From positions 210,056,001-210,120,000 of the forward strand of contig OX597815.1 in NCBI GenBank assembly GCA_951406725.2: DNA of 64,000 nt, read 5' to 3'. Below, one piece after another: positions 12,820-26,192 of the stretch; positions within the stretch are counted from its first letter, which is position 1; each line of letters starts with the position of its first letter. The notes below the pieces were generated by a model. It worked only from the letters and a program-made list of their open reading frames with translations, was not told the DNA's origin and did not search any database. The stretch comes from Octopus vulgaris. Lineage: Eukaryota. The position numbers and the translations under genes were made by a program.

Positions 12820-12980
12820 GAGTGAGATGCCTGTATCAGCTCCCAACGTGTCCTAGTCTACAGCTGAATAGACATGGTCAGCGTGAAGCGAAGTACCTTG
12901 TTGAAGGACACAAGGTAGCAACTGCTGAGCGAATTGAACAAGTGACCTCGCGACTGTGAACCAAGCATCCAAATGAAATA
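12820..12980 (-). mobile_element. Degenerate tRNA-SINE head and core
   Basis: CAGCTGA.TAGAC..GTGAAGCGAAGTACCTTGTTGAAGGACACAA is the reverse complement of the D-family core. Confidence 0.5.
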
Positions 12981-13156
12981 TGTCTAGCTTATAAGAAACT
13001 TTTCCTCCCCACCAATTTATCTCCTCTCATTTTTTCGAATGAAGCAAAATGCATTTTCCTATAGTGAATCTGGATTTATATTACTGAAAGTGTCCTCACA
13101 TTTTAATGTGATTCATTGCCGATATAGCTCACATCTTTAGTAAATTGAGTGACAAT

Positions 13157-13560
13157 AGGCGCAGGAGTGGCTGTGTGGTAAGTAGCTTTCTTACCAACCA
13201 CATGATTCCGGGTTCAGTCCCACTGCGTGGCATCTTGGGCAAGTGTCTTCTGCTATAGCACCGGGCCGACCAATGCCTTGTGAGTGGATTTGGTAGACGG
13301 AAACTGAAAGAAGCCTGTCGTATATATGTATATATATTTGTATGTGTGCGTGTGTTTGTGTGTCTGTGTTTGTCCCCCTAGCATTGCTTGACAACTGATG
13401 CTGGTGTGTTTACGTGCCCGTCACTTAGCGGTTCGGCAAAAGAGACCGATAGAATAAGTACTGGGCTTACAAAGAATAAGTCCCGGGGTCGATTTGCTCG
13501 TCTAAAGGCGGTGCTCCAGCATGGCCGCAGTCAAATGACTGAAACAAGTAAAAGAGAGTA
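13157..13560 (+). mobile_element. SINE family A
   Basis: Full-length match to the family consensus. Confidence 0.92.
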
Positions 13561-14545
13561 ATACAGACGCTTCAAGATAGAGCTAATTTTTTTGAGAAGG
13601 TAGAAAACTGGAAATATAGCATTGCATCTAACAGCACTCACAACGTTTGTATAGTAATATATGATAGAATAATAAAAATGTTTGTTAGATACGTGAAGAA
13701 TTAAAATTCAAGGATGAAATATCTGCATTATAGAGATACCTATTTGTATCTGATTAACTGTCTTCTTTAGTAAACTCGATTGCGGCGTTTGTGGTGAAAC
13801 GGATTATGAATCATTGTTTTGTCAGGTGCATTGAAATACGCAAAATATATCTTTCCCATGGAATCAATGTAAGTTCACAGAATAAGTTAGCTATGAGATT
13901 ACCAGTGGCTTGCATTTATTTATCGTTATGCTTATCGATGGATTGATAATAATAATAATAATAATAATAATTCCGCTTCCGAATATATGTAGTAAGAAAA
14001 TGATGTGATATAATAGACAAGTGTTTTCCTTGTGTGAAGCATAATGTTTGTAAATGAATAGTTTCCAGCAACAGGATTAAGATCATGCAACATAATGTGC
14101 GGATCATCCTGCAAAATATTCATAACAAGTTGTTTTGTTTGCCGTTCTTTTCTTTCCGTGTTTCGACTATTGGAACATAATTCAATAAAACACTCGCTTT
14201 TGTGAACTATGAAAATAATGATATGGAAATTATCAACTTAGTTTAATTGGACATAGAGATGCGTTACATAATGCCTCGTTTCTCCCAAACTCTCAAATAT
14301 ACATCCCCAGAACAAACTGCATATTATGAGTAACGCAATCGTCACGATAATAACCAGCTTCTTTTTTCCCTTTTTGATATGACATCTCTTCCCATATTCA
14401 TCTTTCCCCTTCTCTTCCTCTGCATCATCAAATTAACATTTTTCTCCCCAGCTTCATCATTATGTATATCACTGCCACTCTTGAAACAACTATGCTTTAT
14501 TATAATCAATTCCGCCTCCGCCCCTTCCTCCTCCTCCTCCTCCTC

Positions 14546-14579
<34 letters not shown>

Positions 14580-14639
14580 CTACTACCATCTTCAATATCC
14601 ACACCATGTTCGTCATATTACTTCACATAATATTGAATT

Positions 14640-14930
14640 TTGTGCATTTCATAAGAATCCTGCATTTTCCATTTCTTCTTAAAAGGTCCATGAAATTTCC
14701 TCTTTGTTGGGAGCGGGGCTGTATTCCAGTACCCAGTTCTGTATCCTGTTCCTGTTGAAGTACATGCCTCGAGTTTCTCCTGAATTGTACTTCGGTTAAA
14801 TATAATGTGACACGCTAGATAGAATCAAAAATACTTGATTCAATTTTTTTACCTCTGGTTTCGAGTCTAGTATTTCTCCTCTTAGGATCCGTTTGAATGC
14901 TACTGTAAATCCTTTTTTTCTTAAATTAAG
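14640..14930 (-). pseudogene. Degenerate RTE-type LINE 3' coding fragment
   Basis: Minus strand gives, with frameshifts, RGHVLQQEQD..LEYSPAPNK(R)..GP..KKWK, resembling the RTE C-terminal GHVLR..P..KR.RGRP..W motif. Confidence 0.45.
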
Positions 14931-15056
14931 TATTTTAGTTAGCGCATGCTCAGTGAAAACCAGCATGCCTACTCCTGAAAGAGAAACAACACGCAGATAT
15001 AAGTCTAACGGGTTATTCGGTTAATGACTGCCACTTGTCATTAACAGTGTTTTAGT

Positions 15057-15137
15057 GTAGTTAACTCGTTTTAAATTTCCTTGTAGTTAGCCTTGTTTTA
15101 AATCTCTTTGTAGTTAACTTCGTTTTAAATTTCTTCC
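15057..15137. repeat. About 27-bp minisatellite, 3 copies
   Basis: TGTAGTTAACTCGTTTTAAATTTC.. repeated three times. Confidence 0.85.
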
Positions 15138-15270
15138 TACGGGCACATTTCCTCCAGAATCAAGTGATATTTAAATGTTCAGTTAGAAATGCTATCCTAG
15201 AGAGGAGGTGATATGCAGTATGGGAGAACGTGTTTAAAAGTGAGAAATAGATGTGTATGTGGAACATATA

Positions 15271-15680
15271 CGCAGGAGTGGCTGTGTGGTAAGTAGCTTG
15301 CTAACCAACCACATGGTTCCGGGTTCAGTCCACTGCGTGGCACCTTGGGAAAGTGTCTTCTACTATAGCCTCGGGCCGACCAATGCCTTGTGAGTGGATT
15401 TGGTAGACAGAAACTGAAAGAAGCCTGTCGTATATATGTATATATATATATATGTATGTGTGTGTATATGTTTGTGTGTCTGTCTTTGTCCCCCTAGCAT
15501 TGCTTGACAACCGATGCTGGTGTGTTTACGTCCCCGTCACTTAGCGGTTCGGCAAAAGAGACCGATAGAATAAGTACTGGGCTTACGAAGAATAAGTCCC
15601 GGGGTCGATTTGCTCGACTAAAGGCGGTGCTCCAGCATGGCCGCAGTCAAATGACTGAAACAAGTAAAAGAGTAAAAAGA
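15271..15680 (+). mobile_element. SINE family A
   Basis: Near full-length match. Confidence 0.92.
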
Positions 15681-16280
15681 GATATACATAGAATAACATG
15701 TGTCTGGCTTTGATAATATAGAATAACAAAGCTGTTAGCAAACAATGAGTCTGTGTGCATATGTTAATATCTTATATGACTTCAATAAGAAAAAACACAA
15801 TAAGAAAAAAAATAAGAAAATAGTGCAAGACCTAGAATTTTAAAGTAACCATGAGGCCCACCCAACGCAACAAAGGCAATCTCAAAATCATTGAGACCCA
15901 CCTTCTCAATAGGGACCAGCCATAAACAATAGGAAGGTGCTACATGGAACAGATTCGTTACTATAGCAACACTATGAGGCGCTTTTCATCTTCTTCCGTC
16001 CTCCTCCACACGTCTGACCCACGACTTTTCCACTTCTCACTTTTTCAACAGACCTGAAAAATGGGCCATAGTTTCACAAAATATAAATATTTATCTTCTT
16101 TTTGCATTTTACTATTTATCTTTTTGTATTGTCCCGGTTTTACACAAATCTTTTAAAAGTAATATTACATAATGCTTCACCAAAACTACTCCATTTGAAT
16201 ATATATGTGTGTGTATGTATGTATGTATATGTATATATATATATATACTTTATTTTAAGCAGCAGAAAATTCAACAAAAT

Positions 16281-16318
16281 CTGTTACTCTGAGTTTCTCG
16301 TTGCCGTTCATCAGACAG
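16281..16318 (-). ncRNA. Minimal type I hammerhead ribozyme motif (inverted copy)
   Basis: Exact reverse complement of 16332-16369. Confidence 0.7.
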
Positions 16319-16331
16319 TTTTTGCTAGAAA

Positions 16332-16369
16332 CTGTCTGATGAACGGCAACGAGAAACTCAGAGTAACAG
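16332..16369 (+). ncRNA. Minimal type I hammerhead ribozyme motif
   Basis: CTGT-CTGATGA-A-CG(GCAA)CG-A-GAA-ACTC(A)GAGT-A-ACAG: canonical core, GUA cleavage triplet, 4-bp stem I. Confidence 0.72.
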
Positions 16370-17652
16370 ATTTTGTTGAATTTTCTGCTGCTTAAAATAA
16401 AGCATATTACTCTACCACTGGTATTTGAGTACTCTTTTTTCCACCTTGTTTCACATTTATGTGTTTACTCCGGTATATATATATATATATATATATGCAA
16501 TATATGCTGTATATATATATACATATATGCAGTGTTATATAACATGATAAATTACGAAGTATAATTTTATTTATGTTGTTACGAGCTGTACTGAACCGGT
16601 GCGTTCTTTGGTGGTTTCAGCAGCAATATATATTTTCTATAAAAAAGAATTTAGCAGCATCACAAGTAGTCTTCACTGTGTCTGGAAAAATTGAAGATGC
16701 GGATTTTCTTGTACAACACTTCTCACGGCCCAATGTACCCGTTCCGTGAAAGATGAAGAGAGATAAAATTGAAAGTGGAAAAGAGAGCGAATAACGTTAG
16801 TAGTTGATTAATATATAAGTTATAGATCTCCGCCTCGGTAAGCAGAGAGACAGTTTCGACCTCTGGAAGACTTGAATACAGAAGGCAGAATGACGGAATA
16901 TATATCCAAATGCATTCTATTCCCCCGTTCTGTCAACTCCGCCAATTCATCAACTGTAAAATTGACACCCGCTGATGTTATCAATAGAAAATATTAGTTA
17001 TTACAAGCAACAGTTTGAATGCTGATGAGTAAAATATGATTAATTACACACTGGATACGATGCATGTATTTATCGCTTGCCTGATGATCGTTATTAATTG
17101 TCTCCATAGTGATATTAATTCAATGTCGCAAACCAATTAAATTTATTTTGTCTATTTATTAAAAAAGTTGCACTTAATTTTGTAAAATGGCTAAAATAAT
17201 ACGGTGCTATTTTGAAATCAATGTATATCACAAGAAACAATCCCATCAGTCTCATTATGAATGGCGTAAATGTAATTTTCAGTACTAAAATGATATTAGA
17301 CATTATATACACCAACATTTCATGAAAAATCAAGACTGGCAATTATAATCATGTAATCACTCTTTGCCGGGCAACCATGACATCACTTGTACTAATTAAC
17401 CGACTAGATGCCCTCTAGAGATACAAAGAGTACAGCTAATGTAATGTGATTTTTGCAAATATTAATAAAGAATAAAACGAAAAAGGCTAAAAAAAGAAAT
17501 TCTTACGTAATTTATTTGCGATAAATTTATTTGCTTATGGCACGCCCAAACTAACAGACAACACTGCTCCCTCCCCACATATATATGTAAATATATTTTA
17601 GGGCAATTTATCAGTACTAAGATACATATATATATATATACATATATATATT

Positions 17653-17699
<47 letters not shown>

Positions 17700-17909
17700 G
17701 TAAAATACTATTTAATCTCAAAGTTTTATACAACCTCATAATTTTCTTATGTTTTTTTAAACATTCTCTAAAAGAGTACTATGTGGAAAACCAAATATAT
17801 AACACCCTAGGCAAAACACCAACATGAACTTCTAACCTGTTGTCTCTTGAGGTCTCTGGGTGAGACTTGGACTCAACTTGTACAAATACAAAGCAAAAGT
17901 CAAGCATAT
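17700..17909 (+). mobile_element. R4/Dong-like family B 3' UTR
   Basis: Matches about 3420-3607 (..GTCTCTGGGTGAGACTTGGA..TACAAATACAAAGCAAAA..CATA) and is followed by TAA repeats. Confidence 0.85.
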
Positions 17910-17927
17910 AATAATAAATAATAATAA

Positions 17928-19282
17928 TAACAAGATAATAGGTATCAACAATAATAATAACAAGATAATAGGTATCAACACTTTAGCTGTCCCAGTTATA
18001 AGTTACAGCTACAATATCCTTAACTGGACACGAAATGAACTGTCCAAAATAGATAGGAAAACAAGAAAAATACTGACAGGATCTAGGGTGCATCACCCAA
18101 AATCTGACATAGAAAGACTGTATATACAACGTATAGAAGGTGGTAGAGGCCTTATACAGCTGGAAAACTACTATAAAATAACCACCATGGGACTGCAAAA
18201 ATACCTACTTCAGAAGGAAGGAAAACTGATCCAGATAGCAGCAAAACACGAGCAAAACAAAAAACTGTTCTCAGTATTTAAGGAAGCTGACAAATACAAA
18301 CAAGAAATCATACCACCTAATAAACATGAAGAAGAAGAAGAAGATGATGAAGAAACAACAAAAGCTATAAAACAAATGAAATCCAAACTAAAAATAGAAC
18401 AGCAACGAACCATGTTAAAACGATGGCAAGAAAAGCCCCTTCATGGTAAATACTGGACTAAACTAAACGCAAAAGAAATAGACAAAGAAAAATCCCAGCA
18501 ATGGTTGAGAAGCTCAGGACTCAAAGCAGAAACAGAGGGATTTTTAATTGCAGCACAAGACCAAAGCCTCCCCACCAGAAATTACCAAAAACATGTAATG
18601 AAAAGAAATATTACAAGTAACTGCAGAATATGTGGAGATGGACAAGAAACAATAAATCATATTATCTCTAGCTGCCCAGTCCTGGCTAAGAAGGAATATA
18701 TTCACAGACATGACAGAGTTGGAACCTACATACACTGGAAGCTATGCTAACATTATGGAATAACAACAGAAAAAGATGGTATAGGCACACACCAGAAAAG
18801 GTCACAGAAAACAAGAAAGCAACCATACTCTGGGATATACCGATACACACAGATAGAGAAATTAAGGCCAACAGACCAGATATAGTTGTCAGAGATCATG
18901 AAGAAAAAATGCTTTCTAATTGATGTATCAATACCGGTAGATGACAACGTGTCTCTAAAAGAAATGGAGAAACTCTCAAAATACAAAGACCTGGAAATAG
19001 AGGTAACTAGAATGTGGAATCTGAAAATAGAAACAATTCCTATCATAGTAGGTGCATTAGGCATGATAAAAAAATATTCAGATAAATACATAACAAAAAC
19101 ACCAGGACTTACAAACACATATAACATACAGAAAATTGCACTACTAGGCACTGCACATATCCTACGCAGAACACTTTCCATACAATAACCATCAGAGCAT
19201 CACAACAAATCACAGCACATACCCAAGGCACACAGAGCTGTGCTCGGTAGTGAAGTGAAAGCACGCTATAAAAATAAAACTA

Positions 19283-19285
<3 letters not shown>
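17928..19285 (+). mobile_element. R4/Dong-like family A, 5'-truncated 1.35-kb copy (RT thumb, CCHC finger, RLE endonuclease), pseudogenised
   Basis: INTLAVPVISYS..HPKSDIERLY..GGRGL, LHGKY, ETEGFLIAAQDQSL, CRICGDGQETINHIISSC, RHD, RPDIVV..IDVS; stop at 18748 plus frameshifts; (AAT)n tail. Confidence 0.93.
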
Positions 19286-19357
<72 letters not shown>

Positions 19358-19388
19358 TAAAAATAATAATAAAAATAATAATAAAAAA

Positions 19389-19457
<69 letters not shown>

Positions 19458-20145
19458 GCAACTCTTACAAAATGTCTTCATGGTTACACAAATCCAGGCC
19501 AAAATGGTTGAATAACATTGACAGCAGCCATGATTTCAAGGAATGAAAAGCAACTCAGTGAGAGAGATAGAAGGAAGAGAAAAAAGAGGCAGAGAGAGTG
19601 AGCGAAACGAAGAAAAACATTTCCCACTACAGTAAGACGTCACTCCTTTTTCTGTTATCATACTGGGATCACTATCTAATCTAAACTGACATCTCAATGC
19701 CATTTCTTAGTCTTTTCTTTAAATATTTTCCTGGGATAGTGGAAAAGATGCTGTTCTTACTTTAAATGTTGAACTTGTTTTTAAAAAAAGTAATAAAGAA
19801 AATAAATTCTTCTATCACAAATTGGTTCCCCTTTTTAGCTAATTCGGTCTGCTAAATCTATAATTAGTCTTTTGCCAATTTCATTAAGTCACTTCTTTAT
19901 TAATTACATCATACCCAACCCCAGTATTGCTGAAGTTTCCTCGTTCGGAAATGTTTGCATTGCATTTCCCAGAATAAATAATTTAGAAGCACCATCCTCG
20001 TGAAAGGCAACAGTTAATTTCATGTTAAAACATCCAATATAGGGAACACTAAAATGATAAAAAGGAACAAAAACAATGAAGAAATAAGAAAACAAAATTA
20101 ATATAACCGTCACTTTCATCACTACTTTAGCAAAATACATATGCT

Positions 20146-20183
20146 TCCATGATGAATGTTATAACTCCGAAACATGTCCGGAT
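20146..20183 (+). ncRNA. Degenerate hammerhead motif
   Basis: TCC-ATGATGA-...ACTCC-GAA-ACATGT-C-CGGA; palindromic stem III and GUC site present, C3 and stem II damaged. Confidence 0.45.
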
Positions 20184-21051
20184 ATGTCACCGAGATTTGC
20201 CAAAAAAATAAACACCAGTATCACTGATTAATATTGCTTTTTATACTTACCATATAATTGTTTCTGCTTACCGTTTTGATAATAATCCGTGTTACATATT
20301 AAAATTAATTCTACTTCTTTTCTAATTATCCTTTACACAAACTTCACATTTAGCAATAACGTTGTCTTGAATAAAACTCAATTTTGTAATATAATCATTC
20401 CGCTCCCCCAATAATTTTATTCCCTTACATATTAGCTGTCCTCAACAGGATGTTGCTAAACCCCGACCTATTTCGAAGATAATATTCTAAACCATTAACT
20501 GATTTGAGGTTCTCTATCGTCTGCCAGTCTCATTTCCTTACAAGTGTTCTTAAGATAAAAACTATCTAATCAGTTCCACTCCCGTAACTCCACAGTACTG
20601 AGATATCAGTTGTTTAATTTTCTGACGTCTGCTATTATCCCTGCTAAGACAGACATTCTTTGCATTTATATTTATTGCATTAAGTCAATTTACAAACTGC
20701 GAATGAATTAAACATTTTCGATGTATGTGTGTGTATATATATATATAGAGGAGTTAGATGTTGCTCGGCGTAAGACAGAGTGACAGGACCCGTGATTAAT
20801 TTCCCCTTATATCTGTCTTTCTCCACCGGACGCTTACCCTACCCCTCAACATCTATCTTCTCTCTTGCTATATCCATTCATGATTTCCAACACAAAGTGG
20901 TATAATCTTCTACAATCTCGGATTGAGCCAATATTTCTGAGTAAGTTTTATTGGCAGTAAAGTTCTCGCCGACAGAAAGGTGTTCATGTCCTTAGGAGAG
21001 ATTACTCTTCTTCGATGTATTAGTTTAATCCGTAGTAGGGCTTAACACCAT

Positions 21052-21131
21052 TATCTGGATCTTGCGTTACATTCTTTCGGACTAGGTTTCCTATCTGGAC
21101 CTTGCGTTACTCACTTTCGGACCAGGTTTCC
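21052..21131. repeat. 40-bp tandem duplication
   Basis: TATCTGGA(T/C)CTTGCGTTAC....CTTTCGGAC(T/C)AGGTTTCC twice. Confidence 0.9.
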
Positions 21132-21739
21132 ATTCTAACGATAACTTTCTTCCTTTCTTATAATTCGGCTGTTTATTCTTTATATTTGATGGTCATTAGT
21201 TAGAAAATCTTTCCATACAGTAGCAACTCTTTTTCATGCTTTCTCTACAGTGATATATATATATTCCAGTGTTAAGATCTGATATTTAAGATGTTTACAA
21301 TGTTTATGTTAGTTCGGGTAGTTCTTTTTGTAAAGTTTCTGATAAAACGTTTCTTTATATGAGTAGACAATTGATGATTATATAGCGGGCAATCATCTCT
21401 ATATTATTTTATGCCAATAGAGTCAATCGTGTATAAGCTGTTGTTTCGAAGCATTCAGCTCCATAATAACATCCTTCCATGATGTTTCACTGCATTATTT
21501 TTGCTTAAAAATAATTATCAAATAAATATGTGACCTCATAGTATGCATTATATCACTGATGATAGCTTTATTAATGACTATTTCCTTTTCGCTAAATTCT
21601 AGGATCTGAAGAAGGTATTTATAGAAGACTAGAATTCAATCATACCCGAACGGATTGTGATTTTAATTAATTTCATTCTCTACGTACTTATGAATATGAA
21701 TATATATAAATACAAATATATATATATAACTAGAAACAT

Positions 21740-23105
21740 ATCATCATCATCATCATCATCATCAGTCGTCCTCAGACGAAAGCTATAGCAGCTTTCACAC
21801 TCTGCTTCCAACTGTCTTTGACCTTCACTCGCAATCGGGACTTTGATTTCAAAATCAAATTTAAACCAGTATACTCTTTGAGCATTTCTGGAAAGAACTT
21901 CATTGCAACTCCTTTGCGCCACCTACTTCCTGATGGTAGCCAAAATAAAATCTTAGAGACTGGTTGGTCCACCGTTCTGTGGTAATTTCTACCAAAACGT
22001 AATGCACTCTATAGCTCTCAGTTGGTTGTAGGGTCTCTCTAGATGATGATAAAAATTCTTCTCAATAGCTTTACTCTTTTTACTCTTTACTCTTTTACTT
22101 GTTTCAGTCATTTGACTGCGGCCATGCTGGAGCACCGCCTTTAGTCGATCAAATCGACCCCGGGACTTATTCTTTGTAAGCCCAGTACATATTCTATCAG
22201 TCCCTTTTGCCGAACCGCTAAGTGACGGGGACGTAAACACACCAGCATCGGTTGTCAAGCAATGCTAAGGGGACAAACACAGACACACAAACCCACAAAC
22301 ACACACACTTATATATATATACATATATACGACAGGCTTCTTTCAGTTTCAGTCTACCAAATCCACTCACAAGGCATTGGTCGGCCCGGGGCTATAGCAG
22401 AAGACACTTGCCCAAGATGCCACGCAGTGGGACTGAACCCGGAGCCATGTGGTTGGTAAGAAAGCTAGTTACCACACAGCCACTCCAGCGCCTAGTACAT
22501 AATGTTCTCATTTTTATTTCTAGGTTTTGTAATATGGTTCAAGTTTCTGGAGTTACATAGAAGAATACATACTCGACATGCTCTGAAGAAACCAAGTGTC
22601 AGTTTGCTGTCCCTGATAGACTTTCATATTTTGTCTTGCTTATTTATAGCAGCCTATACCACTCCTTTAACACGTTAACATCATTATTTCCTTTCTGGGA
22701 TATAAACGCTTAAATACTTTAATTGCTGTATCCGATTAATGATTTGACCAGATAAGTATTTTACTTGATAATCCTCATTAAATCCATCCGTTAAAATTTC
22801 TACTTTGCTAGCATTAAGATGTAAATCGACTAAATTTTCTGAATATACTACACAGTATAATAAATTTCAGCTAACTGCAGTCATTCCCTAATCAATGCGA
22901 TGCATGATTAGTTGTTCCTTAATCATACGAAAATCCTTTGGTCGTATCGCTGGATACTGTGTCCGTCTCCTAGGTTCTGTAGCAAATCCACAATCTCTAT
23001 TACGCATTTTCTATGCTTCTTTCGGTGATCAGATGGATTTCTGTGTTCTCATAAATTATTTTAATTACACTTATTATTAAAGGTGGTATGACGTATGGTG
23101 CAAGG
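21740..23105 (-). mobile_element. Degenerate RTE-clade LINE, 3' part, interrupted by a SINE
   Basis: Minus-strand fragments LAPY, GFATEPRRRTQYPA, LKYLS, GFFRAC, ET*T, KLLRRIF, DQPVSKILFWLP..RWRKG; (GAT)n tail at 21740-21763. Confidence 0.75.
22071..22493 (-). mobile_element. SINE family A inserted into the RTE LINE
   Basis: Full-length match. Confidence 0.92.
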
Positions 23106-23134
23106 ATTTAGAACATTTTTTCCCTATGTATGCA

Positions 23135-23960
23135 CGGAACTAAAGCCGGGAGGAAAATCTTTGGAAGGACCATTTCAACGCCCTATTTGCAAAACCACTA
23201 CAGTTACCTACACCAAATTTATCATTTCTCCAGTAGTAGAATAGCCGTTGCCAGTTTATGAAAGTCTTTACACTCTGGAAGAGCTGAATAGAGAAATGAA
23301 AGAATCACTTTGAATTCTGTCATACAGACCAAACAAACACACTGGTCAATGTGTGCCGTTTAAACTTAATCAGAAGTGTACCAAAGCTTACATGGTTTCA
23401 CAACAATAGGCTATTCATTTAATAATTTAAACAGTATTGCATCAATACAATATAACAAAATGGTTCTAAATTGTATACGGCCATTAATAGATCCTTTATT
23501 AAGTTGGATTCAATTTGGTTTTCTAAAGACACGCTCCAATATATCAGACATTTAGCACTCAAGAGGATCATTGAGATTATGAAAGACAGCAATTTACTAT
23601 TAGCATTACTATCCATACATTTACATGTGTATACATACATGCATACATACATACATACATACATACATACATACATACATACATACATGCATGCATGCAT
23701 GCATGCATGCATGCATGCATACATACATACATACATACATACATACATACATACATACATACATACATACATACATACATACATGCATACATACATATCT
23801 ATACATATAAATTTGACATGGGCGATTCTTTCTTGTCTTGGGATTCACGGTCAAACCGCTGCGTCGAATTGCGCGAAAAATTACTCAGATGTGTAGAATG
23901 ATCCAGTGGTGATATTGGGCTTTGTATTTTTTCATAGCTCCCATGGTTACCGAGATAATC
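23135..23960 (+). mobile_element. Degenerate RTE-clade LINE, inverted 5' part (RT N-terminal half)
   Basis: Plus-strand WKDHFNALF, SIASIQYNKMVLNCIRPLIDPLL..QFGF..RS, LALKRIIE, AILSCLGI; interrupted by (CATA)n. Confidence 0.75.
23630..23795. repeat. (CATA)n/(CATG)n microsatellite
   Basis: Direct reading. Confidence 0.95.
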
Positions 23961-24164
23961 TAGTATAATAATACCCTTGTGTTTATGGATAAGAAATGAA
24001 GGGGTGATAGATGAGTAAGGACGGAAGGGGTGAAGTCATACTTAGTAGTGGGATGATGAAAAAAATAAATCAAATAGCGTTTCAACTCTGTGTGAATATA
24101 TGTGTGTGTATGTAAAAGGGGGTATATGAATGTGTGTGTATGTGTGTGTGCGCGCGCGCGCTGT

Positions 24165-24370
24165 GGAAGTGTGATGGTTCATCTTTGTTCGCTTAATATT
24201 TGGGTTTATTTTTTGATTTGGTTGAATCTTGTTTTCTTTGTTTTGTTGTGGCTCAGTTATTTTTAGCGTTCTTAACGTAAGCGTGCCCAAACTAGTCGAA
24301 TGCTTACACAGATCAGGTTTTACAGCCACATCATGCAAACCGACCGGGTGAAACCGGGCTTAGCTGCTAG
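24165..24370 (+). mobile_element. Helitron-like 3' end (5' boundary uncertain)
   Basis: GC hairpin CCGGGTGAAACCGGG followed by ..GCTGCTAG|T. Confidence 0.5.
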
Positions 24371-24393
24371 TATATATATATATAATATATAAG

Positions 24394-24498
24394 GAAAAAT
24401 AAGAGAACAGAGATAAATCAATTAATAATTATTAATAATTATTTGTTAATTACAAAATTAGACATAATCTCTGATTTATCTCTATTTTCTTATTTTTC
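24394..24498. repeat. Short inverted repeat next to (TA)n
   Basis: GAAAAATAAGAGAACAGAGATAAATCA ... TGATTTATCTCTATTTTCTTATTTTTC. Confidence 0.7.
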
Positions 24499-24685
24499 AT
24501 AAATAAATATAAACCTCGCTTTTTCTAATTAACTTATTTTTGAATATTAAATATATTCAAAATAAATAATAGGTAATAAACTAGTAAATTTATTGAATTT
24601 TATTATTTCTTAATGAGGTATCTAACCTTTAATTGAATTTATATATATATGTTTGTGTGTGTGTGTATGTATATATATATATGTA

Positions 24686-24748
<63 letters not shown>

Positions 24749-25436
24749 AAGTATAAGGTAACCCTTATAAAATTGTTTAAGATAAAATTGTTATAGCAAC
24801 ATAAACACACACACATACATGCACATATACCTGCATGATTGCATATAACGTTGGCACTTTTGCCCTAACACATTTTATTGATTTGTTTGTTGGAATTATG
24901 CATAGTCCTATTTTTCTTTTTTTGAGATGAAAGCCTGATTACATAACAAACAGTTAGATATGTGTTAGGTTTTGTCTACAACTACATAATAGCATTTTGT
25001 CCATCTTGCCTCATCCACATATTCATTTTATAACTATTGGTCATTGTAGAAGTTATCACACCCAATCTATTAACAGCAACTGAATATATGAATAGAACTA
25101 CAGAAATATAAAATTGTATCAACTGCATAACAGGCACCAATCACCGGACTATAGACTGATCTTCGTTCAAATCGAAATGAGAAATCTTACGTCGCACTCA
25201 CCGAAATGGCGTTCAGGTTTAAGAGAGACCAAGTATACTATATATATATATATATATTATATTTCGGATATATTGCCATATAAAAACACACGCACTATAT
25301 ATTTGGTGTTATTTTGCTTCAGTGATATTTATTTTTACATTAATCTTAATCTTATTTCGGCCAAAGTTCTTTCGTCACAATATCTGTTTCAACACACGAC
25401 TTCACATAAAAAATCTTGCACAACAAATATTTAAAC

Positions 25437-25481
<45 letters not shown>

Positions 25482-25530
25482 AATGTATATATATATATAT
25501 ATATGTATCTATATATATATATATATGTAT

Positions 25531-25938
25531 AGGTGCAGGAGTGGCTGTGTCGTAAGCAGCTTGCTAACCAACCACATGGTTCCGGGTTCAGTCCCACTGC
25601 GTGGCATCTTGGGCAAGTGTCTTCTGCTATAGCCCCGGGCCGACCAATGCCTTGTGAGTGGATTTGGTAGACGGAAACTGAAAGAAGCTTGTCGTATATA
25701 TGTATATGTATATATATGTATGTGTGTGTGTGTTTGTCCCCCTAGCATTGCTTGACAACCGATGCTGGTGTGTTTAACGTCCCCGTCACTTAGCGGTTCG
25801 GCAAAAGAGACCGATAGAATAAATACTGGGCTTACAAAGAATAAGCCCCGGGGTCGATTTGCTCGACTGAAGGCGGTGCTCCAGCATGGCCGCAGTCAAA
25901 TGACTGAAACAAGTAAAAGAGTAAAAGAGTAAAAGAGT
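25531..25938 (+). mobile_element. SINE family A
   Basis: Full-length match. Confidence 0.92.
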
Positions 25939-26192
25939 ATACTCTCGAATTATTTTTGAAAGTTTGTTCTTGGTAATACAAGTTATTTCACCTAATATGA
26001 GCTCTGTAGTCAAATCAATACTATTCAGCATAAAATTTCTGAAAACAAGTAATGTTAAATCTCCTGTCTTAAATGTTTGAATAGTTTGCAGTATGTAGAT
26101 CCCTTACGTTCTGAATTTAAACAACCCGCAAACTTTAAATACTTCATGAAATTTATACTAGTCTCGTACTGAGTCTAAATTATGCAACTGTA

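Larger units (their letters stand above)
16248..16474 (+). mobile_element. PLE pseudo-LTR-like insertion in (TA)n with a perfect 74-bp inverted duplication
   Basis: Arms 16248-16321 and 16329-16402, loop TTGCTAG; 3' part shared with 47773-47856. Confidence 0.8.

Noticed and set aside
17860-18750. 296-aa ORF as a host gene
   Set aside because: Chimera: starts at a GTG in the family B 3' UTR, reads through TAA repeats into truncated family A RT, and ends at a premature stop
21180-21500. Another minus-strand RTE relic (YYGAECF)
   Set aside because: A single weak motif, too degenerate to support
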